Assembly (NCBI RefSeq): GCF_040938485.1
Contig: NW_027271391.1
Span: 186,001 to 250,000, forward strand
DNA: 64,000 nt
Reading direction: 5' to 3'
Origin: Diadema antillarum
Lineage: Eukaryota
Part shown: positions 12,709 through 24,654 of the stretch, in pieces
How positions within the stretch are numbered: the first letter of the stretch is position 1
How the letters are laid out: each line of letters opens with the position of its first letter
Translations under genes and position numbers: made by a program
The notes under the pieces: generated by a model
Told to the model about the DNA's origin: nothing
What the model saw: only the letters and a program-made list of their open reading frames with translations
Databases searched by the model: none

Positions 12709-15700
12709 TTTCTCCCAAGCCAGGCAGACATGCAATTTGAGGATAAATGCGTCACGCAAAATTTATACTCAGACAGTAGTGCGTACATAGCTTTGCGAGA
12801 CCATCCCGTGAAATAAATTGTGATGTCGAGAAGGGTGAGAGGCAGTTCAGTCACCAAGAATTTCCCCCTCTGGTCCAAAATCTCCACAGTAGTCCTCTTG
12901 TCTCCTGTACGCTGAATGATCTTACAGTGCGCACCCATACTGCATCCGCCCAGCCGGCATCTGGCATTCAAATCCAATCAATTTACCGGCAAGACAAGAA
13001 CTGCCCAAAACTTGACCACCGCCTGAACTTTGGCAACGAATGAAAAAAATGAACCGCAGGACAGTGACTTTGTTGAGTGATTGTTTAACAAGGCAACAAC
13101 AGAAAAGACAGATGGATGGACAGATGAACGGACAGACAGAAGAATGGAAAACAGACAGACAGACAAACAAATAGAAGCAGTTACCATTGGTACACACCAT
13201 CTGAGATCTGAGACTGAGTCTGGGATATGAATGTTCATGGTGGCTGCAGAGATTTGGGGGGCTTCTGAAGCATCAAATCAGAATTTGAAGAAAGGAGTTG
13301 ACACTATTGCAACTTTTATTGAATTGAGATATATGGAGCCTACAACATTTGATACAAACATTTCATCAACAAAAGGATTTTATACCACAATGTCACTCAG
13401 TCTTTCAAATGACTAGCGATATCTTTCAATTTGTTTTATTTTGAAAAATAAAACCCAAACAAACAAATGCATAAGTCACACAAGTTGTACACCACTACTA
13501 CTTCTACAATTTTGGTAAAATGTTGCTCCTCAGAAAACTTTCATGACTAGAAGCAGCACTTAGCTTACAAATACTTGAGTTGTAGTGCAAGCCATAAAAT
13601 CAATAGATAGATGAAAATCTTAGATGAAAAACTTTAATTTTCCTTTCCAAGGTGAAGCAGTCTTCCTTGTACAAATTTTGAGGAATACAAATATTATTGA
13701 TCGGGGAAACACTACATTTATGGCAATTAAGGGACTGTGTCTTGTATGACAATCATTTCAGCACATTGCTGAAGCCTGTTCGTGACAGACATCAGTGGGA
13801 GTGGAGGGAGAAGAATCAGTGCTTTCTCCGTCAAATCTTCATAAAGTTCACTGCACTTACAGGAACCACCGACGAAGGGTGAATGTTATTGGATTTCATG
13901 TGAACAGGAAATTACCGGGTGGTACCTTTTTTCCCCCAGAACAGGTAGAGAGATGTGTGTGTGTGTGCCCCAAGAGAAGGGAGCACCATCTTCAAGTCAA
14001 AAGTTTAAGAGAGCAAAGCAATCATCGGCCAGGGAAGTCTTGTCTGAAAACTCAGAGGCAGGTAGAGTATTCGAAAAAAGATCATTAAAATCACGACAAT
14101 CTGACGTGTCCCCTACTGTCCCATCGGTATGGTCAAGCTCTTTTCTGCTCTGCTAAACACAACATCCAAGGTTGTCATTCTACAAGTATTCTACAAATCT
14201 CTGAGCAGCGCTCATCATTACATCATAAAAAGAAAAAATACACAAACAAAACAAAAACCAAAACCAAGAAATGTCATGATAGATTCGACAATACTGCAGG
14301 ACAATGTAAAATATAAGGATAATAATCTCCCCCACCCCCGCATCTCATGTCTGTGCAAACTGATTTTTAAGGCACAATCATCACTTCATACACATCTTCA
14401 TTCAACAATAGAAGGATAACTTGAACAATAGACTAAGATACAATATTGGATGCATTTAACAGGAATCACTGTATAACATGATATATTTGTGGCATGAGGT
14501 TTCCGCGAATTGCCAATTCATTCAATGCAAATAGTGTAGGCAAGAACTTTTGCATGCAATTTAATTTCATGAATCTTGGCTCTTGCAATATCTGTGAAAT
14601 GAAAATGCACAGCAACATTCCTCGTTTTACAGTTCTTACATGTACACTGTACCTTATCTTTCAGTAACTGTCCCTAATTACTGTAAAACATGATATATTC
14701 GCGGCATGAAATTTTCGCGAATTGGAGCCGACAGCCTTTTTCATTGCATGAAATTTTCGCGAATTGCCACTGGCGTTCAGTGCATGTAGTGTAGACAAAA
14801 ACTTTCGCGTGCATTTTAACTTCGCAAATTTTGGCGCTCGCGAAATTCGCGAAATTAAAATGCTCGCAAAAATTCCTCGTTTTACAGTACATTGTACCAA
14901 AGGAAGTTAGCCAGGTGATGTGTACATTGGATATGAAGTGCAGGAACAGATTATTGAGGTTGTTTTATGCTGATGCAAGAGGACAACACCAACTACGAGA
15001 TTCAAAGAATATTGGCACTATCTTCACTCCTAAAAAATGAGTGCAGCTCGAATTGAAGTTTGCTCCTAGACATGAGATGCCATGATAATAATCACATTTA
15101 TATGGCGCTTTATACGAGCGTTTCTAAGCGCACTAGTCTATTTGCACACACACAAAAAAGTAAACATAATAGCCTAAGGACAATGTAAAACCAAAGTAAT
15201 TGCAACCAAAAAAAAAAAAATAATAATGATACTGATTATTAGACTTTTTGTCATTTTGTTAAAAATGGTCACACAATGATAACAATTTCATATTTTAAAT
15301 TATAATGAATAGTTGATGCCTGTGAGTTTCAATTTTTACTAAAAAGATTGCATTGCTGTTTATGTATGAAACAAAAAAAAAAATCATGCAAAAGGTTGCA
15401 CACAAATCAACCTTGGGATCCAAAATTTCATCATGATATATAATATAGAAACAATGGCTAGGTCCATTACTTTCAATCCAGCACTATACTTTTACAATTT
15501 TTTTTTCTTTTAAATCAATGAATGGATTTCCCTTGGGCAAGTCTTCAAAATAGTTCATCACTCTAAAAATTTTGAATGTATCGATAAAAGCAAATATTTG
15601 CATCTACATCACTAAGGGCAAGCCAAGGAAAGAGTGTTTTGATATGAAATTAAATTCTTTCCTTGATATTTACACTATCATCAAAATCTGCACTTTGTTA

Positions 15701-17696
15701 TTACAGCAGCATTCAGTTAAAGTGCAGGGAAAGATTTGTTCTTTCTTTGAGGGATTGTACAAATGACCACATCCAAAGCTCCTCATACCGTAATATTGAG
15801 GAAACTAAAACACATCACTTTTGTTTTTTTCTCTAGATTGTTACACGTATGATTTTTTAGTTGATCCAATCATCAAAGTACGGTACTGGAAACAGGGAGA
15901 GTTATTTAAAGCCCTTTCATCCCTTAATGCTCAAACATGTTGTTCTCAGACGGGCTCAAAATTCATCTTCTGCCACCATTTGAAATTCGCTTGCAATACA
16001 TGAAAGGGTCTATCAGTATGATTCAAGAAAATTACTTGGTTGGCATGCTATGCGAGGATGATAAACTGTTGTGGAGTATTTCGTGATCAAAGTGCAATGC
16101 AGATAGAATAATTCGATCATAGTTCACAACTTATATTCCAGAGCCTGAGCCCTCTCCATTCAGCATTGTGGGTGGGTAGACTATATGATTAATCGTGCCC
16201 TAGCAATCATATTTTCCAACAAGCTGCATGAGATTCTAGTGTCGAAGATCGGTGGCTACTGTTGTGGCCCGATTTGTCGATGAAAAATTGTTATTACCTA
16301 ACTGAAATTGAGTTTTATACAGTGTTATTTCACACATTTCTTGACATGTGTACATTTTGGAGCAGTTAAGTGACAATTCTGCAGGCATACAAGAATAACA
16401 CTGTACATGATTTTGATGCCAAATAAAAATAAGAGTAAGATTCATCATGACATTGTGAGCACACATCATTTATGGCCAAACTTGTTATCTACGTTACCCT
16501 GTTAGAGTTGCCATCATTGAAGCCTTACTTTAAACTGAAAACTACCGGTACATGTAAGTGATTTGCTAGAAATATAAGAAGTGCTGTATTTATCTAAAAA
16601 TGCAATGCAGCTCAATTCCTTCATTACCTCGCATCTAAATTTTATTACACGTGTACCTAGTCATGCCTCAAAATCCAAAACTTTACATCTACAGAGCATG
16701 TTACCAAGGCAATTTGAATTGACCTACAACCCAGTGTTCAAATTCGTTGTCTCCAGCGATGACCGATGTCTCTGAACTTTAAAGCTGACTCCCCCAAGAG
16801 CTTTCTCATTACTTTCTTGCCATCTGCTTTTAGATCAAGTGAGACAGTGTGTAGGCCTATCACTGGAGAGCTTACAGTTTGCAGAATGATATCTAAAAAC
16901 AGAAAAACAAAATTTGGTGACTTTATCTGCTTTCATGGTGATGAGTAACAATTGCTTTATTTGCAGGGTGTTTGTCAATATGTGGTTGTTAGTTCTTGAA
17001 AGTGTATTTGGAAGTCTAGGTCTAGTGCATCCAGGGGAATTAAGTATGCTTTTTAAATATAAAAACCCTGAAAAAAAGAATTATATAACAAAGCAAAATT
17101 TACAAAACAAGGTTGTTAACAAACTGCTATGGGATCAACATTTGATTCAAGTCCAAGAAGGAGGTAATTGTTAAAAAGTAGCATTGAATATCTTCACAAA
17201 GATATTAATACCATAATACCTGGTAGGCCTACCATTTTTTAAAAGAAATAAATTATGAACTCTCAAACAACATTTAAAAAAAAGGAAAACAAAAATGATT
17301 TCTTACCACACTCCCTGACACAACTCTTGGGCATCTCCACCTCCAAGCAAGTTATCACCTAAGCCAAGCAGCCCATAAAACAACCATCTTTTAGACCTAG
17401 TAAACACATGATGCAGGGGCTTTGTGTTGTGTGTGAAAACGTTTCTTTTGACTAATTCGATTGAGACGATGATGATGATGACGACGACAATGAAACAGCA
17501 TTTATACAGTGCCATTTTTCTGTACAAACATTCAAAGGCGCTGGCTCCCACAAATGCACATGTCACACATCATTCACAAAGTTACAGCTGAAAAGATAGT
17601 TTTCAGTTAAGATTTGAAGGTATTGAGGCTGTTACATAGAACTATAATCAATAGACACAACATCATCTAGGCACTACATCTGATCAATTTGTCTAA

Positions 17697-17727
<31 letters not shown>

Positions 17728-18580
17728 ATGTGAACATTACTGCACTCCTTGAACATTTAGAATAAAATGTTGACACCGCAATGAACCTCTGTGCAAGTAC
17801 GAAAGGATGACACTGATTTTCCACATTGGCATTCAACTATATTTGGACAGAGGAGGAAAGTGGTGGCTTTGGCATGATTATTGCCTTTGCTTTGACATCC
17901 AGTTCTAATGTGATTTGCACCAAGTTAACTTACCCGGTGCTAATCAACCTAGGAAATCTACTAATTTTAATACTCTTTGATTGTGAGTGTCGTCAAGACT
18001 TGTGTCCTTGGGCAGGCATCTCCAGCTTTACAGCTATCACAATTCACATTGTGTTTCAACCAAACAACTGACCCAATTTGACTAAAATTCATGTAGGGCC
18101 TACAACACATGCTAGTTATCTGCCCACATCATCACCTTTTGAGTTGATTCGATCCCTGGTGATATATGGGTATGGATGGTTGCCTTTTGATGTGTACAAC
18201 AATCCGTCAGTTACATGTAGCTACAGAACCGTAGCTGCAAGCAAAAGCTTGTGACCTGCGCATCTCATCTACAGTGACCTCACCTGCTTCTTGCAGACTT
18301 GATGCCAAGCCCACCACAAGAAGACTGCCAATAATCCCGTCGTCCACGTAGCCTGACGAAAACAGTAGATTTTCTACAACAAGAGAAGCAGCGAGCAATG
18401 TCTCTCCTGACCAAGTTCTCCCATTCACAGTACAGGGTTAGTCAGAATTAGGGACATGAGCTGAAAAAATGAGGAAGAGGGAGACCTCCTGTCTGGGGAG
18501 AAAGACGAAGTTCACGCCGCATCAAATAAAAGCACGCGAAGGATGAAGAGCTAGAGAGATGGAGCGCGCACTCACATCAT
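12709..18580 (-). CDS. Unidentified spliced gene, partial 5' model (3' exons not resolved)
   Basis: GC-rich first exon ending ATG AT|gtgagt (18576-18580), then candidate exons 18284-18352 (69 nt), 17307-17396 (90), 16731-16826 (96, needs the AAG of an AAGCAG acceptor) and 12709-12960 (252). All are phase 2-2 and open in one frame. No family recognised. Confidence 0.4.
14469..14887 (-). mobile_element. Two tandem MITE family A copies (14469-14632 degenerate; 14681-14887 intact), reverse orientation
   Basis: Reverse complement of 6608-6814; TA flanks on the intact copy. Confidence 0.85.
15750..16330 (-). mobile_element. Decayed L1/Tx1 ORF2 fragment
   Basis: Frameshifted peptides GGLRLWNI and FPVPYFDDWIN*KIIRV resembling post-RT L1/Tx1 motifs. 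Confidence 0.4.
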
Positions 18581-18720
18581 CACCCGGCGCCGCGCCGCTT
18601 GCCTTGGTTCACCCGTGGATGCAGGGCCGCTGCGCTGCAGACTTCGGATGCGGCTTGCTTCAAACCCGCGCCCACCTTTTCACAATCTCTGAAATCTTCC
18701 TGTAAACACCACTGGTGAAC
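18576..18720 (-). promoter_or_regulatory. CpG-rich probable first exon / TSS region of the unidentified gene
   Basis: Local CpG-rich island ending in a strong donor (gat|gtgagt) in otherwise AT-rich DNA. Confidence 0.5.
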
Positions 18721-19205
18721 ACAGATAATAGACATCTCACCAAGAGATGGCGCTCATCATCTTTATGACACGGGCGGGGGTTTCTGTTTTAGCCCCATGG
18801 AATTACATTTTCTTTGCTCATTTTATTTTTTCCACTAATAAATATCATTATCAAAAACATAATACATTGTAATCTTCACGAACAGAAAAAATCGGTTGCC
18901 GTCAGTTTCCATGACGAAATTTTTTTTTGAGAAAAGAACACATTTGACCTCGTTCATATTTTTATTTCCTCAAGGATAAAACAAAACATTGGGAATTTAG
19001 AAGGAAAATGGATTGCTTTATTTTTGTTGTTTGTTAAAAACTAGATCGCACATGGTTTGATATTACTGATTTCCTCATTGAGTCATGCTAGCGGGGACAT
19101 AGGCCCTATTGTAGAGCCTGCTGAGCTGGAAAGTTTAACTTATTTTCATCATTATTTTCATACATCGTGTGCTCAGAGACGATGGTATCATAAAGGACAG
19201 AAAGT

Positions 19206-19451
19206 GAAGAGTTTGTTCGCAAAAACCGATAAGTCCATTTTTTAAGATTTTGAAGTACAGTCTCTGTCATAAAGTACAAAATGATACCTTTTAAATGATG
19301 TATTGGTCACTATTATAAAGGTATATTTTTGAAGTTATGGTCAAAAGAAGCAAAAAAAATTTTATTATTCTCTATATTTTTCTTGACCTTTAATCGCAAA
19401 TATTTCAATCTGGCAAATATGGACTTATCGGTTTTTGCAAACAAACTCTTC
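19206..19451. mobile_element. TIR MITE with 4-bp AAGT TSD (Kolobok-like RR..YY ends)
   Basis: ~32-bp TIR GAAGAGTTTGTTCGCAAAAACCGATAAGTCCAT; AAGT at 19202-19205 and 19452-19455. Confidence 0.75.
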
Positions 19452-20495
19452 AAGTGTGTTCCTTCGAAAACCTATTCTATCAATGCTTATGGGCCTACAC
19501 CCTTTTACAGAATGGACTTGAAATTCACATAAATACAAGGATTTTGACAAAAGTTCTTGAGATAATCTACCTTGACTGCTTTTCATGAAAAGGGTGTAAG
19601 GAGTAAGAAAATTTTGACATCTGACAGTTCATAGCTACAAACATGAAATAACGGAAGAATTACCAGTAGGCCTATACATGAAAAGTTTTATTGCAAAACG
19701 AGCTAACTCCATTCTTGTTCAGTTGAGATATTTGTGATTAAAGCTGTTCAAAACAAAGAAAATAATAAGAAAATATAGGATATCTTTAATTTCAACTTCT
19801 TGAATATTCCTTGTTATGTTACAAGTGAGGTATCATTGGAAAAGTTTTATTTTGCTCTATCTGACGATGGACCATAAGTTAATGATACTTTAAAATGTTT
19901 TAAAATGACGCTTAGCTCATTTTGCAGCCAAAACTCTGCATAATATGTCTACCTACAGGAGTCTAAGGTTGTGTAAAAGGATCGCCATCAAGACAACTGC
20001 TATGGTTTGTCATCTTTGATCGAGATACATCTCACTCGGGCATTAAGCCTATATGAGCCAGCCCTGACTTGGCCTTGTATGTAGTATTCAGATTCAGGAA
20101 AAAAAAAATGCTGTAAATATTTTTTTATTCTTCATCAATATGATGCCACCAGTTACCATTCTTTTCTTATACTTTTAGAGAAACTACCAAAAAATCTCCA
20201 TATAATTATGGCACTTTAAGGTAGGCCTACTTTGAACTCAATGTAAGACATGCTTTCTTTTCTTTTCTTTTTTAATTGATATGGCATGAGGGGTCAAATA
20301 ATGGATAGCTTACACGACTCAACAGATCATTCTCATTTTCACACAGAAGTTAATCAAAAATGTACATATGAATAGGAACACTCCCGTCAAATTATATTGC
20401 TCAAACCCTTTCATTAAAAAGTAGAACAATTTCGATTAGAGGAGTTACTTTTCTGTTGTGTTTGTCATACAGACCTAATCATATATTTTACCATG

Positions 20496-20645
20496 NNNNN
20501 NNNNNNNNNNNNNNNNNNNNNNNNNNNNNNNNNNNNNNNNNNNNNNNNNNNNNNNNNNNNNNNNNNNNNNNNNNNNNNNNNNNNNNNNNNNNNNNNNNNN
20601 NNNNNNNNNNNNNNNNNNNNNNNNNNNNNNNNNNNNNNNNNNNNN
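20496..20645. other. Assembly gap (N)
   Basis: N run. Confidence 1.
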
Positions 20646-22827
20646 ATAGAAAGTCTTAAAAGTCATGAAATTTGTGCCAAAAAAAAGTTTTATTCGTATT
20701 TTACAAGTGCACTTTGTCACATATGACACACTGATGGCATATATAGCCTCACACACCTGCACAGCTACCCAATTGATAGAGCAAGAAGAGCTATCTCGCA
20801 TGCCTCTCTTACACACAATGCAGTGGTCAGTGGTAAATACATGTACACCAGTATGCACTTGTGATCGAAAACATTTTGTCTTCATCTAACGATGTCAGCA
20901 GCCAGTGCATGTAGGTCATCCCTAGTGGACCCCTAATAAACAGCTTTGCTGATCACGGTGCTCCATCCCACTCTGTGGAATTCAATTCAATTCACGTCCA
21001 TTCACATTTGTGAAAAGATATGTTTGTGTATAAAACAAAATTTCACACTGTTTATTGATCTTATACCAACACAGTGGCTTTTAGAACAAGGTTCCACTTT
21101 TTTTTTTTTTTTGTTGTTCCAATCTGCAACCAAGTTTTTGTTTTTGTTTTGTTTTTTTATACATTTTGTGTCCACAGCACTTTTTAAAAGGTGATCTTGA
21201 GGAGAAGTGTACTAGTATTGTATATGACAGGGTTTGTGTACATGTCATTTAAGTCTCTCAAAGACATTCTCAACTCGCAAGTCTGTTGTGTCAGGGACAT
21301 TTGGAGGGTGGGAACCTGAGAGGAGTTAAACGACATTTGTTGGTTTAATCTCTTTATGGCAAGCAGCACTTCCACAAGACTTTTTGACATTTTACATAAA
21401 TTATTATACTTGCAACACTACCCATTTGCTCACAAGAGATGACCATAACGACACCAAACATTGAAATTATTCTCAGTCATATAAAGCGCAAGGTATAGTC
21501 TTTATTATGCATATTACAGATGATATCATTTTTGCATTATTGCTTTCTCATGTACACATTAAAATACTGATAATTGACATTTACAGATAGACCTTCATTA
21601 TAATATACATATACATAATACATATTACAATGATTTAGGGCAGTGCCTGCTGTGTGACTAGACATTTGTGTGAGTGTGGGGGTGTCTGTATGTGTGTCTG
21701 AGTCTGCATTCAAAAGAAAGAACCTGTTTGTTTGTTTATTTTTTTCAAAAGGAGCTGTCATCTTGGGTTTAAAATATTTCAACTTAGATGTATTCCAGAC
21801 AAATCTCTGATTTGTGGCAAATTGTAGTTCAAAAGTGTTCATGCAACAGGGCAAAATAATACTACCAGGTTACTCTTGATCTCCTTAAGTATGCAGGTAC
21901 ATGTAACAACATTGATAAAAAGCATGGAATGTTTAGGAATGTATTGTGTATATCAAAAAAAAGATGACAAATAAATAAAAATCAAAATGTCACGAATGAG
22001 CTCATGAAATGCAACATCATTCAGTAAATTGTAATGAAATAAGTTTAGAGCACTGAAGTAAAAGTCTTGTGTACAATTGGTAGGACATAGGGGGCATGCA
22101 GTGGCCCCATGACCGGAAGAGTTTCGGTGGGGGGTCACGGGTCGCACATTGATACACTCTCGCTTGGGGGCGGGGGTAGAAGTGAGGAGTTATTAGCCGA
22201 TTCTCAATGGAGGTGGATGTTGTCTGCAGTGTCTTTCCATGTTTTGTTGCATATTGTATTATGCTGTGTGTATCGGTCGTCCATGTGGCGAGTACTGTAA
22301 ATTATGCTTGGTAACAGGCGAACTGTCCTAATGGGCAGCCAGATCAGTGAGTACGGTAATAAAGTTTCTAATTCACACCCACTTCTATTGTCATCGCGGT
22401 GAATGATGTTGACTCAGCGTGATACTGCGGTGTATTGAGATTGTTGTGACTCTGAGTAAAATGTCCACGAATATACCCAAAGAAGATCCCACACAGTAAC
22501 TGGAGAAATCCAGTTGTATTACACTGGTGGGAGCGATGGGATGGCTTTCGTGGACCAAGTGACTGCTTAATGATGATTATTATGTTCACGTGATACTAAT
22601 TTGCATTTGAAGAGAGACCCTTTCCCCTGCAGTGCTAGTAGTGCCCTTGTTACAAATGCCTACTAATTTTTTCAGTGCCTGCAGGGTGACTCGTGTCTCT
22701 GAATACGTAAATATATCATGCCTATTATTTCTCCTTGCAGGTGAAAGCGCCTGTTACAGGCAAAGGAGCCTGCAGGTGAAGGTAAGAAGGAAAGAGCCTG
22801 TAGGTAAAAGGGCCTGCAGGCAAAGGC

Positions 22828-23162
22828 CAGAGACTCCAACCCTAAGCACCTTCTGATCCGGAGATTCTCCCGCTTGAAACCCCTAGCAAACGGGAGACTC
22901 CAACTCGCAAAGCGCATATCACAAGCGCAAAGTTCCAAGCGGGCCCTGGAAGCTCTAATAATTAGGGTTCTCGTATGCTCTCTCGTGCTATATAAGGCTT
23001 ATTTTTCAACATATGAAGACAAAAAGTAAGAAATCATTTCAAACGGGAGACACAGAGACCGGGCGGGAGAAATTAAATCTCAAGCGGGAGAACGGGAGAT
23101 TTTGCAAAAGTGGGGTTTCGGCGAGAGATCTCCTGTCGAAAGCGGGAGAGTTGAAGTCTCTG
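22828..23162. mobile_element. Non-autonomous TIR element (hAT-like, CAGAG termini), 6-bp TSD, nested in the Gypsy relic
   Basis: TIR CAGAGACTCCAAC / GTTGAAGTCTCTG; TSD AAAGGC at 22822-22827 and 23163-23168. Confidence 0.8.
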
Positions 23163-24345
23163 AAAGGCACCTGCAGGCGAAGGCACCTGCAGGTGAAAGG
23201 GGCTGCAGGTGATGAGGCCTGCAGGCAAAAGGGCCTACAGGTGAAAGGGTCTGAAGCCAAAGGTGTCGCCCTCAGGTGAAGGCGCCTGCAGGTGAAAGGC
23301 ACATCTGCATTGTCCATAGAATATGCCCGCAGGTGACTATGGCTGCATGGAAGGATCCCTACCTGAGGGAAATAATAGCGCCTGTCGGGAAGAAACAGTA
23401 GCACCCGCAGTGCCAGTGGTGCCTTCAAATTGAATGCCCACTCTGCTTGCACATTCACAACTTCACCGTCAAACTTGGAGACTTATAATCACTCTATTCC
23501 TGATGATTAACTTCTGTATTGCTACACATCATGACAGTGGAGAAATTACATCCCAGTGTTGAATTAGATGTCTTGGTGGGAGTGGTCCAAAAGGGAGAGG
23601 AGGCATTGCTCAACTCAAAGGCAGAAAATCAGACCACTGTTGGAAGAGAATCGTACACCAAGAGAGCAGTTGCAACAGTTTGGATAGGGCTGTAAAACGC
23701 CAGTGATTTTTCTGAAAATGACAACTGGAACTAAGATGCCAGCAAAGTGCACTGGCAACAAGAACACCTACCCTGTAGAGCAAGAGAGGACACTAGATTC
23801 CCCTCTCCACTTCAATAGTGTTGGGACATCGCTGAATGTGAAAGGGCCTACACCTGTAGAAAATTGTATACGTCGGAAAGCTTCAACCATTTGTAAATCA
23901 GGGCTTCAAAGTCTGGGATTGACGGAGGTAGCATGGTCCGTTCCTGATTGTTGGAAAGTTATCGGACGTTACCTTCTGGATACAGGAGAAGAACAATGGA
24001 AAGAAAAGGAAGATTCATGTGGATCACATGAAGCCCTTCCTTAGTGAGCTTTTGCAGTCATGGATCGAGGTCTGTGGAGGTAGTGATGCTCCTATGTAGG
24101 AGCCGGATTGTCACGTCCTCCAGGCACCATCTCAGGTCCCAAATGAAGCTGCAGAAGTTAGACCAATATTTAACCTTACCGATTTGCACATTGACGAAGA
24201 GGTACCTAATACTCCAGCTTCTTCCAGTACTCCTCCCGAAGCAATCCACCTTGGAGGCAAAATCCACCTCGGCGATATGGTGACTCATAGTCTAATAAAT
24301 ATATTTATCATCATATTTGATATCTTTCTACAGCAGAATTCCAAC

Positions 24346-24654
24346 ATGTCCAGATCACCTGAGAAAGGTCTCTTCAAGTGTTACACGTATCATCGATATT
24401 TCAGCCATCATTGAAGCTTATCCAGGCATATCGATGGTGAACATCGGAGTCGGCACAACCATGACTGCAAGCAGCATGGAAAGCAATTCTCTAGGAGAGA
24501 CAACCTCTTGGCTCATTACATGAGGATGCACAGGGGCCAAAGAGTAAATTCCCCATTAGAGGGAAGGGACAAGTGGAACCACTCCTCCCAACACCACAGC
24601 CGCAATGAGGAACCTGGAAGCTGGCATAGGTCCCGTTCTCCTGCTGCAAATTAA
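24346..24654 (+). pseudogene. Degenerate tandem C2H2 zinc-finger ORF within the Gypsy relic
   Basis: MSRSPEKGLFKCYTYHRYFSHH*SLSRHIDGEHRSRHNHDCKQHGKQFSRRDNLLAHYMRMH... Two fingers, each with the second Cys mutated; one TGA at 24412. Confidence 0.7.

Noticed and set aside
13186-13244. GCCACCATG perfect Kozak start (MNIHIPDSVSDLRWCVPM|gt)
   Set aside because: No downstream acceptor continues the frame; at best a uORF or chance.
13995-14150. Terminal-exon-like ORF QSRKELDHTDG...LLNF*
   Set aside because: Phase incompatible with the neighbouring candidate exons; no recognisable homology.
16300-18560. snoRNA-host interpretation of the short-exon gene
   Set aside because: No convincing C/D (RTGATGA..CTGA) or H/ACA structure found in its introns.
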